Part shown: positions 29,840-38,342 of the stretch, piece by piece
How the letters are laid out: the number at the start of each line of letters is the position of its first letter
Numbering within the stretch: position 1 is the stretch's first letter
The notes under the pieces: model-generated
The model's input: only the letters and a program-made list of their open reading frames with translations
The model's database searches: none
What the model was told of the DNA's origin: nothing
Translations under genes and position numbers: made by a program
Source: Alphaproteobacteria bacterium
GTDB taxonomy: Bacteria; Pseudomonadota; Alphaproteobacteria; MPNO01
DNA: 64,000 nt
Assembly (NCBI GenBank): GCA_965242495.1
Contig: OZ251446.1
Span: 458,732 to 522,731, forward strand
Reading direction: 5' to 3'

Positions 29840-30598
29840 GTGCGCCCCGGCGGAACCCGATTTCTCGAACGGACTCTGAGGATGCCGCCGGTCCGCAGCG
29901 CGGCGAGGGAGGTCGAAGCGATCCTGGCGGCCGCCCGCGCGCGCGGCCAGCGGACGCTTTCGGAGCATGACGGCAAGCGGATTCTCGCCGCCTACGGCGT
30001 TCCCGTAGCGCGCGAGGCGCTGGTGGGCGGGCCGGCGGAAGCGGCGCGCGCCGCGCGCCGGATCGGCTATCCCGTGGTCCTCAAGGCGTGCGCGGCCGAT
30101 GCGATCCACAAGACGGAGAAGGGCTTGGTCGCGCTCGGCCTCGCCGACGAGCGCGCTCTGGCGGCGGCCTTCGCGGAGATCGCGGCGCGGGCGGGCGAGG
30201 GGCATGACGGCGGCTTCCTGGTCCAGGAGAAGATCGACGGCGCGCGCGAACTGACGATCGGCATGATCCGCGATTCGCAGTTCGGCCCGTCGGTGATGTT
30301 CGGGCTCGGCGGCATCTTCGCCGAGATACTCGAGGACGTAGCGTTCCGGGTGGCCCCGGTCGGCAAGCGGGATGCGCTCGACATGCTGCGCAGCATCCGC
30401 GGCAGCCGCATCCTCGGCCCGGTGCGCGGCATGGAGCCGGTCGATCTCGAGCTGCTGAGCGCAAGCGTCCGGGCGCTCGGCAGGATCGGCCTCGACCATG
30501 ACGACGTCGAGCAGTTCGACGTGAACCCGCTCATCGTGCAGGGCGGGCGGCCGATCGCGGTCGATGCGCTGGTCGTCCTGGCGGAGCCGCCGCGGTGA
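29840..30598 (+). CDS. ATP-grasp domain protein (ADP-forming acyl-CoA synthetase beta-like)
   Basis: LSEHDGKRILAAYGVPV…VVLK ATP-grasp pattern. Start at GTG 29840 or ATG 29882. GTGA overlap with the downstream gene. Confidence 0.7.
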   Translation: MRPGGTRFLERTLRMPPVRSAAREVEAILAAARARGQRTLSEHDGKRILAAYGVPVAREALVGGPAEAARAARRIGYPVVLKACAADAIHKTEKGLVALGLADERALAAAFAEIAARAGEGHDGGFLVQEKIDGARELTIGMIRDSQFGPSVMFGLGGIFAEILEDVAFRVAPVGKRDALDMLRSIRGSRILGPVRGMEPVDLELLSASVRALGRIGLDHDDVEQFDVNPLIVQGGRPIAVDALVVLAEPPR

Positions 30599-32019
30599 CC
30601 GGCGCGATGGAGAAGTTCTTCGCCCCGCGCGGCGTGGCGGTGATCGGCGCCTCGGCGACGCCCGGCAAGCCGGGCAACGTGCTGCTGCGGAACCTCGACG
30701 CCAACGGCTACGCCGGCGGGGTCTATCCGGTCAATCCGCGCGGCGGCGAGATCGAGGGCCGCAAGGTCTACCGGTCGATCGAGGAGCTTCCCGACGGCGT
30801 CGATCAGGCGGTGGTGACGCTGCCGGCGGCGGACAATCCCGGCGTAGTCCGCGCCTGCGCCGCCAAGGGGATCGAGGCGATCGTGCTGGCGGCGAGCGGG
30901 TTCGCCGAGGTCGATCGCATGGGCGAATCGCTCCAGGACGAGCTCGCCCGCGCGATCGCCGAGACCGGCGTCCGCGTGCTCGGCCCCAATACGACCGGGC
31001 ACGTCTCCACCCCGAGCGGCTTCACTTCGAGCTTCTTTCCGCTCGGCAGGATCCCGAGAGGGCGGATCTCCTATATCGCCCAGACCGGGAACTTCTCCGG
31101 CATCACGCTGCGCCACATCATGTCGGCGGAGAATTTCGGCGTCTGCCGGGTCGCCGGGCTCGGCAACAAGGTGGACGTGGACGAAAGCGAACTGCTCGAA
31201 TATCTCGGCGACGACGACGAGACCGCGGCGATCCTGCTCTATCTCGAAAGCATCAAGCGGCCGCGGCGCTTCCTCGCCGTCGCCGGCGAGGTGACCCGGC
31301 GCAAGCCGGTGATCCTGCTCAAGGGGGGGCGTTCGGACGCTGGGGCCCAAGCGGCGCTCGCCCATACGGCGTCGCTCGCCTCCGACGCCCGCATCGTCGA
31401 CGGCGCCATGCGTCAGGCCGGGGTCGTCCGCATCGACAAATACTCGCATCTGGTGCAGGTGGCCAAGGCGCTCGCCTGCGCCGGACTGCCGCGCGGGCCG
31501 CGCGTGTCCTTCCTGTCGCCTTCGGGCGCGTTCACCGTCTGCATGACCGATCTGTGCCGCGCTCAGGGGCTCGAAGTGCCGGCGCTGGAGGCCAAGACCC
31601 GCAAGCGCCTCCAGGAGATCAGCCCGCCCTTCATCCGGATGCGCAACCCGGTGGACATCTACGGCGCCGTGAGCCTGCACGGCTTCGAGTTCGCCTATGG
31701 CGAGGCGCTGCGGGCGGTGCTCGCCGACCGCAACGTCGATGCGGCGGTGGCGATCGTGCTGGTCACCGACGAGACCGGCGCGCCATCCTACGACTTCCTG
31801 GTGGAGATCGCGCGCGAGACGCCGGACAAGCCGGTCCTGGTGACCTTCATGGGACAGCATGAGCGCAACCTGGAGGCCAAGGCCTTCTTGGAGCCGCGCG
31901 GCGTTCCCGCCTATATGCTGGTCGAGGAGCCGTTCGAGACGCTGGGCGCGCTGGCCCGCTGCCGGGCGGCCATGGACCGCGGCGGGCGCAGACGGAGGAC
32001 CGGGGAGGGAGCGACATGA
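30595..32019 (+). CDS. CoA-binding protein (ADP-forming acyl-CoA synthetase alpha-like)
   Basis: CoA-binding Rossmann domain (VAVIGAS…GKPG). 474 aa. Confidence 0.8.
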   Translation: MTGAMEKFFAPRGVAVIGASATPGKPGNVLLRNLDANGYAGGVYPVNPRGGEIEGRKVYRSIEELPDGVDQAVVTLPAADNPGVVRACAAKGIEAIVLAASGFAEVDRMGESLQDELARAIAETGVRVLGPNTTGHVSTPSGFTSSFFPLGRIPRGRISYIAQTGNFSGITLRHIMSAENFGVCRVAGLGNKVDVDESELLEYLGDDDETAAILLYLESIKRPRRFLAVAGEVTRRKPVILLKGGRSDAGAQAALAHTASLASDARIVDGAMRQAGVVRIDKYSHLVQVAKALACAGLPRGPRVSFLSPSGAFTVCMTDLCRAQGLEVPALEAKTRKRLQEISPPFIRMRNPVDIYGAVSLHGFEFAYGEALRAVLADRNVDAAVAIVLVTDETGAPSYDFLVEIARETPDKPVLVTFMGQHERNLEAKAFLEPRGVPAYMLVEEPFETLGALARCRAAMDRGGRRRRTGEGAT

Positions 32020-32459
32020 CCGCCGACAGGGCCGCGCTGGAGAAGCTGACGACCGATTTCACCGAGGCGTTCAACCGCGAGGACATCGACGAGGTGATGT
32101 CCTATTTCGCCGAGGACGCGATCTACGACGAGTTCAACGGCGTCCGCCATGCGGGGAAGGCGGCCATCCGCGAGGCGTTCGTCCCCCAGTTCCGGGGCGA
32201 TTTCGGCCGTATGCGCTTCCACGCCGAGGACATGTTTCTGGACCCGGCGGCGGGGAAGGCCATGATCCGCTGGCTGCTCACGATCGAGACCCCGGAGCGC
32301 GCCGGCGGCTGGCGCGGCCTCGACCTGCTCCATTTCGAGGGCGGCAAGCTCAAGGAGAAGCACACCTACGCCAAGGCGAGGAGTCCGGCGGTGGAGAAGA
32401 AGGCCGAATCGCCCCGCGTCCGCGCCGCCATCGACGGGTCGTATCGAGAGTCCGTTTGA
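32016..32459 (+). CDS. SnoaL-like / NTF2-family protein
   Basis: ATGA overlap with upstream gene. Ketosteroid-isomerase-like pattern. Confidence 0.65.
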   Translation: MTADRAALEKLTTDFTEAFNREDIDEVMSYFAEDAIYDEFNGVRHAGKAAIREAFVPQFRGDFGRMRFHAEDMFLDPAAGKAMIRWLLTIETPERAGGWRGLDLLHFEGGKLKEKHTYAKARSPAVEKKAESPRVRAAIDGSYRESV

Positions 32460-32477
32460 GAATCCCGCTTATTCATG

Positions 32478-32530
32478 AGAGTCGTCCCGGCGAAAGGGAT
32501 TCGTCCGAAATGGATTCCCGAGTGACGAGG
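32478..32530. repeat. REP-like element
   Basis: GGATTCGTCCGAAATGGATTCCCGAGTGACGAGG variant of the family core. Confidence 0.45.
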
Positions 32531-32597
32531 GGATGCGGGGATGGCGGCGCGGCCCGCGGAGCCTGTCTCCGCAGGGGCGCCTCCGCGGAGCCGGGGG

Positions 32598-32897
32598 TCA
32601 GGCGGCGGCCGGGGCGGGCTGCTCGAGGTCGGATTTGGCGATGAAGTGGACCTGGGGCCAGCCCGGGGAGTCCTCCGCCTCCACCCACACCTTCTCGATG
32701 ATCTCCGAGCGCACGTCCATCGAGCGTCCCTGGTCGATCAGCTGCTCGACCTTGCCGTCATAGACGATCCTCACGTCCAGCAAAGGGTCGTCGTAGTGGT
32801 CGAAGCCGGGCTTGACGTCGATGCTGACGATGGGGATGTCGGCGAAACGGGCCTTGAAGGCCGCCTCCGCGATCTCGCGGACCTGCCGTTCGTTCAT
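32598..32897 (-). CDS. hypothetical small protein (99 aa)
   Basis: ATG overlaps the stop of the upstream small ORF (ATGA). Coding-like codon usage. Confidence 0.45.
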   Translation of the reverse strand: MNERQVREIAEAAFKARFADIPIVSIDVKPGFDHYDDPLLDVRIVYDGKVEQLIDQGRSMDVRSEIIEKVWVEAEDSPGWPQVHFIAKSDLEQPAPAAA

Positions 32898-33142
32898 CTC
32901 GGAATCTCCTGGGACGGTCGTTGCCTGAACAATGCATGAGCGGCGAAGGCGCGCCTGGCCGCGGCGTCCGCCCGCTCGAACCGGTCGATGGCGCGCTCTG
33001 CGGAGACTATGTATTCCAGAACGTCGGACGTCCGGTAAGCCTCCACGTCCAGCGCATAGTCCGCCTTCTGCCGTTCGACCTGCAACACCACGAACGACTT
33101 GGCGAAGCTGCGGACCTCCGCGCAGTCATCGACGGGTCGCAT
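32894..33142 (-). CDS. hypothetical small protein (about 82 aa; C-terminal Rx4H HEPN-like motif RRAFAAH)
   Basis: ATG at 33142. Upstream in-frame sequence is REP-derived. Start uncertain. Confidence 0.35.
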   Translation of the reverse strand: MRPVDDCAEVRSFAKSFVVLQVERQKADYALDVEAYRTSDVLEYIVSAERAIDRFERADAAARRAFAAHALFRQRPSQEIPR

Positions 33143-33149
33143 CAAGCCG

Positions 33150-33640
33150 CGTCGCGGGCCGTGATTCCGAGGTCCCTGGATTCCCGCTTTCGAGCGTGTG
33201 AAGAAATCCCGAGACGTCCGCGTGGGCGTCGGTTCAGCCGACCGAGCGCGCGGAATCCCCGGGCGCGCGGGAATGACGAGGGAGGCCTGTGACGACGGCC
33301 CGAGGGAGGCCGTCGCGGCCTCCCCCGTCATTCCCCCGGTCGGGCGGGGGGCAGGCTCCGCGAAAGAGCATGGGACGAAACCCTTGGCGTATCCGCCTCG
33401 AGTCGATGGCTTTCCTGGGGCCATCGTCACGCCCCCCTTCCGTCATTCCCGCGAAAGCGGGAATCCATATTCGTATCCCGTTTCTCGCTTCCGTGGGGAC
33501 GAAGGGCCTGTGACGTCGGCTCGAGGTACGCCCAAGGACCCGTCCTTTCCCGCCCTGGATTCCCGCTTTCGCGGGAATGACGAGGAGGGTGCGACGATGG
33601 CCCCGGGAAGGCCATCGGCTCGAGGCGGATGCGTCGGACT
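33150..33640. repeat. cluster of nested REP-like palindromic units in both orientations
   Basis: Contains TCATTCCCGCGAAAGCGGGAATCCATATTCGTATCCCG, GGATTCCCGCTTTCGCGGGAATGACGAGG, GGCGTATCCGCCTCGAGTCGATGGC and its inverse. Track ORFs here (VIPAKAGIH…) are artefacts. Confidence 0.6.
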
Positions 33641-33683
33641 TCTTCGCACGCTCGGAAGCGGGAACGACGCGCCCCGGGTCGCG

Positions 33684-34595
33684 TCAGCAGGCGACGCCGT
33701 GCGCGCGCAGGAACCCGATCATCGCCTCGCGGCAGGCGGCCGGCTCCTCGACCTGGAGCAGGTGTCCGGCGCCGGGGATCGGCGTGTAATCGTAGCCGTT
33801 CTCCTCCGCCAACGCCCGGTTGGCGATCGCGGTGGGGCCGGGGCGGGGGAGGTCGGGGTCGGCGGCGATCAGCTTGACCGGTCCGCCGAACTCGTCGGCG
33901 CGGGGCCACAGATTCATCGGGATGTTGGCGAGATAGGTCTCCGCCTCCACCGCGGGCGGGCAGGCCAGCGCCCATTCGCCGCCCTCCGGGCGCAGCACGG
34001 CGCGGGCCATCGCCGCATGGGCGCCTTCGACCCAGCCGCGATGCGCGCGGGCGGCGGCGTACTGGCCCGCCAGCTCGTCCGGATGGGCGAAACGGTCCTG
34101 CCGGCTTCGCGCCCAGGCTTCGAGCTTGTATTCGAAATCGATCATCGGCCGGTGGGCCGGATGGCCGGGCGGCGGGATGTTGGGCGGATCGAACAGGACC
34201 AGCGCATCCCAGCCCCAGCCGATCTCGAGGGCGTGCTTCATCGCCGCCCGCCCGGACATGGAGTGGAAGACGCCGACGCCGGGCTTGGCGCCGTATCGCG
34301 CCGCGGCCCCGCGCCGGACCGTCTCCACGTCGCGCGACAGCTGCGCGTAGTTGTTCCCCGCCGGATCGGAGGGCGCGTTCCGCCCATGGTTGCGATGGTC
34401 GAACAGGATCAGTTCGAAGCGCTCCCGCAAGGGCGCCCAGAAGGCGGCGTAGCCGTCGATGGCGAACCCGTTGCCGTGGCTCAGGAACAGGCGGGTCGCG
34501 GCGCCGGCGTCGCCATGGCGGCGGATACGGAGCTTCGCGCCGTCGTCCATGGCGAGGTCGAAGGCGTCCAGCGGTTCGGGTGCGGCGGGTTGCAT
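33684..34595 (-). CDS. alpha/beta hydrolase fold protein
   Basis: AAGGA RBS before ATG 34595. HSMSG nucleophile elbow. Confidence 0.7.
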   Translation of the reverse strand: MQPAAPEPLDAFDLAMDDGAKLRIRRHGDAGAATRLFLSHGNGFAIDGYAAFWAPLRERFELILFDHRNHGRNAPSDPAGNNYAQLSRDVETVRRGAAARYGAKPGVGVFHSMSGRAAMKHALEIGWGWDALVLFDPPNIPPPGHPAHRPMIDFEYKLEAWARSRQDRFAHPDELAGQYAAARAHRGWVEGAHAAMARAVLRPEGGEWALACPPAVEAETYLANIPMNLWPRADEFGGPVKLIAADPDLPRPGPTAIANRALAEENGYDYTPIPGAGHLLQVEEPAACREAMIGFLRAHGVAC

Positions 34596-34837
34596 GTCGG
34601 CGTCCTTGCGGGGAGGGGGAGTGCGGCCGCCGCCTCCGAACATGCGCAAGGGGCTGCGGATATACGAGAGGGAGGGAGAGCGATGGCGCGCACAGTCGCC
34701 ATCCCGCTGCGGCGCCCGGCGACGATCATAGGGGGAACGGCCCGATTGACGCCGAACGACCCCCGTTTACCGCGCCGCTAAACCCCTGTCAACCGCTATT
34801 TGAAGGAGCTTCGAATGGCGACCGCGCGGAACCCGAC

Positions 34838-37528
34838 TTATGACGCAGGTTCGATGTTCCGCGCCCGCTCCGGCCGCTCCAGCTTCTCCGTCAGCTGCGC
34901 GCGCGGGTCCTTGCCGTCGATCTCCTTCTCGACGACGAGGAACAGGCCCCGGCCCTGGGACGCGCGCTCCCATAGTTCGCCGACGGCGCTCTTCTCGGCC
35001 GCGTCGGCGCCGTCGGCGAGGTGCGCGCCCTTGTATTCGACGACGAGCAGCCGTCCGTCGTCGAGTTCCGCCGCGAAGTCGGGGTAGAACCAGTCCGAAG
35101 CCGTCGGCAGCCGGAACGACTCCGGGTGGCGGGCGACGTTGCGGATCCAGTGCTTGACGCCGGGCAGGGAGTCGAGAGCCTGCGCGCAGCGGACTTCCTC
35201 GCCGTCGTCGTCGCCGTCGAAGGCGGGGACCGCGTCCGGGCCGAGAAAGTGCCGGTTCGGCCGCCAGCGCCCGCGGTAGCGGCGCTCGTCGGCATACATG
35301 CCGTCCCGGAACGCGAAGGCGCAGCCGAAGGAGACTTGCGGCCGGGTCTCCGGCGCGAACAGGCGGCGTTGGTAGACCGCCTCGCGCTCCCGGCGGCGGA
35401 TGGCGGCGATCCGGTCGCGGACCTTGCGGGCGAGCTGGAACTTGGCCAGCGTGAGCGCGGCGACGGAGAGGCCGCGCGCCGCGGTCAGATGGCTCAGGAG
35501 GCCGGACAGCCAGGCGATCAGGTCGCTCTGGTCGACGTCGTCGGCGCGGACCTCGCGGTCGAGCCACAGCGTCAGGTTCTGCGAGGTCCAGCCCTCTACG
35601 TCGACGTCGAGCATGAATTGCGCCTCCGCGCCGGTCTGCGCGTAGGTCACGCGGTCGCCGTCGCGGTCGCCGCGGACGTCGATCTCGAACCCGCGCGCCG
35701 TCTCGCGGATCGAGAACTCGCTTGCGTCGGGCCGGTAGGGATGGGCGGCGAGCGACCAGTCGTGACTCTCCATGAACAGGTCGGTATCGGCGAGTTCCAG
35801 CTCCCCCTGCTCCATCGCGACGAGGGCCGGGACCTCGAACCGCACGCCCCGCGCCGACGGCGGAAACCGATGCTCTTCCTCATGGCGGAACCGCGCGGCC
35901 GCTTCCGCGAAGCCCGCCTGCGCGGCCGGGGGCAGGGCGTCCAGGATCGCCTTCTCCCGCGCGTCGCCCACCCAGCCGTCGACCGCGATCTCGACCGCGC
36001 CGTCGTCCGTCGCGCGCGCCGCCGCGCCTTCCGGCAACGCGCCTTCGAGCGCCGCCGCGGCTTCGGGCGGCAAGGCGACCGCATGGCGGAACACGGGTTG
36101 CGGCCTGTCGCGCGCGGCGAACAGGCCGCGGTTCGGGTCGAGCTCCGGTTGCGCCGGCTCGACGTTCTCCTTCGCCTCGTCCTCCTCGAACCCCATCGCC
36201 ACCAGCCTGTCGCTCAGGTCCTTCGCCGCGGCGGCGAAGTCGGGTTCGTGAACGAAGGCGTAGGCCTTGTTCAGGGCGGCGTGCGCGCGCCGTTCGGCGT
36301 AGGGCATCCGCAGCACCCGGCCCAGCAGCTGCTCCACGTCGGCGGCGCTCCGGATCCGCGACACCGAGCAGAAGACGTAGGCGAAGGAGCAGTCCCACCC
36401 CTCCTTCAGGGCCTGGACGGTGACGACGTGCTCGACCGGGCAGGCGGGGTCGAACAGGTCGACGCCGTCGAGCTCGCGCTGGTCGCCGGTGGCGACGGCG
36501 ATCCGCTCCGCCGGGACGCGCTCGACCTCGATCAGATGCCGCTTCAGCGCCTCGGCCGTCACCTCGCGGTTCTTGGGTTGCGCCTGGAACAGCGCCACCG
36601 GGCGGACGTAGCCGGGGTCGGCCTTCGCCGTCTCGGCCAGCCTCGCGCGCTCGGCGACGGCGGCGCTCACCGCGCCTCGCCAGTCGTCGTGCTCGGCGAG
36701 CGCCACCGGCAGCTTGATCATCGCCTCGCGCTTCAGCTCCGACGCCCGGGCGTTGAACAGGACGTTCGAACCCTTGCGCGGCGTGGCCGTGAACTCGATC
36801 ACCGCGCAGGGGTTCACCCGCGCCTGCATCTCGCGCGTGAGTCCGGTGACGGCGTTCTGCGCCTCGTCGACGATCATCAGCGGGCGGTGGAGATGGAGCA
36901 GGTTGGCGAAGGAGAACTTGGCCCCGCCCTCGGGGAGTCGCTCCAGCCCCGGCGCGGCGGCCGCGGCGGCGGGCAGGGCGGCGAAATGCGCCTCCATGTC
37001 CTCGTGATGGGCGTAGACCTTGCGGCCTTCGGTGTTCTCGACCCGCAGGGTCTGGATGGTGCCGACGACGACGCAGCACTTGTCGCGGAGGTCGTGGGGG
37101 CGGAGCTGGGCGAAGTCGGCTATGTCGAAGACGCGCACGCGGCCCGCGAACGCCGCGTCGAGGGCGCGGCGGCACGGGTGGCGCGGGTTCTTCAGCGCCT
37201 CCGCGGTCTGGCGGCGGATGATGCTGGTCGGCGCCAGCCACAGGACGAGGGGATGGTCCCGCTCGATCCAGGCGCGGCGGGCGACGGCGACGGCGTGGGC
37301 GGCGAGGAGCGTCTTGCCGCCGCCGGTCGGCAGGCGCAGGCAGACATGCGGCGTGGCGGGCAGGCCGGCGAGCGGCCGGTAGGTCGCGGCGCGGCGACCG
37401 AGCCGCGCCGCCAGTTCCGGTTCGGCGATGAGCTTCGCATAGGCCGCCGCCGGCCCGGCGATCCGCGCTTCCTCGAGAAAGCGCCGCAGCGTGTCGAGCG
37501 CCTCGGTCTGGTAGGGTTTGAGCTCCAC
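34838..37528 (-). CDS. res: Type III restriction enzyme Res subunit (SF2 helicase plus PD-(D/E)xK nuclease)
   Basis: Walker A PTGGGKT, motif II MIVDEAQN, motif III FTATP. C-terminal LLVVEYKG nuclease motif. GTG start at 37528. Confidence 0.8.
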   Translation of the reverse strand: MELKPYQTEALDTLRRFLEEARIAGPAAAYAKLIAEPELAARLGRRAATYRPLAGLPATPHVCLRLPTGGGKTLLAAHAVAVARRAWIERDHPLVLWLAPTSIIRRQTAEALKNPRHPCRRALDAAFAGRVRVFDIADFAQLRPHDLRDKCCVVVGTIQTLRVENTEGRKVYAHHEDMEAHFAALPAAAAAAPGLERLPEGGAKFSFANLLHLHRPLMIVDEAQNAVTGLTREMQARVNPCAVIEFTATPRKGSNVLFNARASELKREAMIKLPVALAEHDDWRGAVSAAVAERARLAETAKADPGYVRPVALFQAQPKNREVTAEALKRHLIEVERVPAERIAVATGDQRELDGVDLFDPACPVEHVVTVQALKEGWDCSFAYVFCSVSRIRSAADVEQLLGRVLRMPYAERRAHAALNKAYAFVHEPDFAAAAKDLSDRLVAMGFEEDEAKENVEPAQPELDPNRGLFAARDRPQPVFRHAVALPPEAAAALEGALPEGAAARATDDGAVEIAVDGWVGDAREKAILDALPPAAQAGFAEAAARFRHEEEHRFPPSARGVRFEVPALVAMEQGELELADTDLFMESHDWSLAAHPYRPDASEFSIRETARGFEIDVRGDRDGDRVTYAQTGAEAQFMLDVDVEGWTSQNLTLWLDREVRADDVDQSDLIAWLSGLLSHLTAARGLSVAALTLAKFQLARKVRDRIAAIRRREREAVYQRRLFAPETRPQVSFGCAFAFRDGMYADERRYRGRWRPNRHFLGPDAVPAFDGDDDGEEVRCAQALDSLPGVKHWIRNVARHPESFRLPTASDWFYPDFAAELDDGRLLVVEYKGAHLADGADAAEKSAVGELWERASQGRGLFLVVEKEIDGKDPRAQLTEKLERPERARNIEPAS

Positions 37529-37545
37529 CGGTCAGGCCCGCGCGG

Positions 37546-37980
37546 TCACGGGCGCGTTCCACCTCGCGCTTCGCCGAGACGCGCCAATGCTTCGCGGGCG
37601 GTTACGACGGGTATGCCTTCGACGTTCCCGAGCGCGAGGACGTGCTTCTTGTCGCCGGAAACGATCATGTCGGCTTCTCCGGCGATGGCCGCCGCCAGGA
37701 TCGGATTGTCCTTGGGATCGGGAGACAGGTTCACGGTCGGCAGATCTTCGAGGACAAGAGCGCGCGCGCCGATGTTCTCGATGATCCTCGCCGCCTCGTC
37801 GGTATCGAGACACCTTTGCAGGCGAGGCCGCGCGAGAACTTCGGCGAACTCGGCCATTTGCGCGGTGGACGTCACGAGCCCGATCTCGCCGCGCAACCAT
37901 GTCCGATAGAGCCTGTCCGGCGGCGTGCCCCTGACGATGAGGGCTGCAACAAGGATATTGGTATCAAGGACGACCCGCAC
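37546..37980 (-). CDS. PIN-domain toxin (TIGR00305-like)
   Basis: MRVVLDTNILVAA…GDKKHVL. Overlaps upstream RHH gene by 17 nt. Confidence 0.8.
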   Translation of the reverse strand: MRVVLDTNILVAALIVRGTPPDRLYRTWLRGEIGLVTSTAQMAEFAEVLARPRLQRCLDTDEAARIIENIGARALVLEDLPTVNLSPDPKDNPILAAAIAGEADMIVSGDKKHVLALGNVEGIPVVTAREALARLGEARGGTRP

Positions 37981-38200
37981 GCACGGCGTCCACTTCCTCG
38001 TCGATCAGGTCGAGGATGGCCTGTCCGTCGATCCGGGCGTTGCGCTCCTTGACGTCGTGAACGGTGGCGTCCAGAACGCGGCGGCGCACCGCTTCGTCGA
38101 CGAAGCGCGAGAGATCGCTCTCTTCGACCCCGTTGCGCGCGAGGAAGGCGCGGACCGTCCGATCCGTCTTCTCGGGAATGGAGAGATTCCATCGAACCAT
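37964..38200 (-). CDS. ribbon-helix-helix (CopG-type) antitoxin
   Basis: ATG at 38200 with GGAGA RBS. 78 aa; MVRWNLSIPEKTDRTVRAFLARNG typical partner of PIN toxins. Confidence 0.65.
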   Translation of the reverse strand: MVRWNLSIPEKTDRTVRAFLARNGVEESDLSRFVDEAVRRRVLDATVHDVKERNARIDGQAILDLIDEEVDAVRAGRP

Positions 38201-38204
38201 CGGG

Positions 38205-38290
38205 CATTCTCCAGATCGTGGACATCTGTACACATAGTGTATACTGTACACAAAAACAATGTACACATAAAATTAACACACACATAAACT
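38205..38290 (-). promoter_or_regulatory. AT-rich (about 35% GC) putative promoter/operator with three TGTACA palindromes
   Basis: CTGTACACATAGTGTATACTGTACACAAAAACAATGTACACAT immediately upstream of the RHH/PIN pair. Confidence 0.4.
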
Positions 38291-38342
38291 GCCGCATGAT
38301 GGTGCGCGCCGTCAATCTTCGCGCGCGCCGACGCGCGCCCGT

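Noticed and set aside
29840-29881. Choice between GTG 29840 and ATG 29882 as the ATP-grasp gene start
   Set aside because: Cannot be resolved from sequence. ATG has the RBS too close and GTG has GAGG at -15. The feature is reported with the longer span and a note.
33289-33513. Small ORFs containing VIPAKAGIH (also at 22348..24021 and 41239..41721)
   Set aside because: Translations of the REP-like palindromic repeat core. They are recurrent across loci in different frame contexts.
35021-37909. 962-aa plus-strand ORF antisense to res
   Set aside because: Same reasoning. res on the minus strand carries helicase and nuclease motifs.
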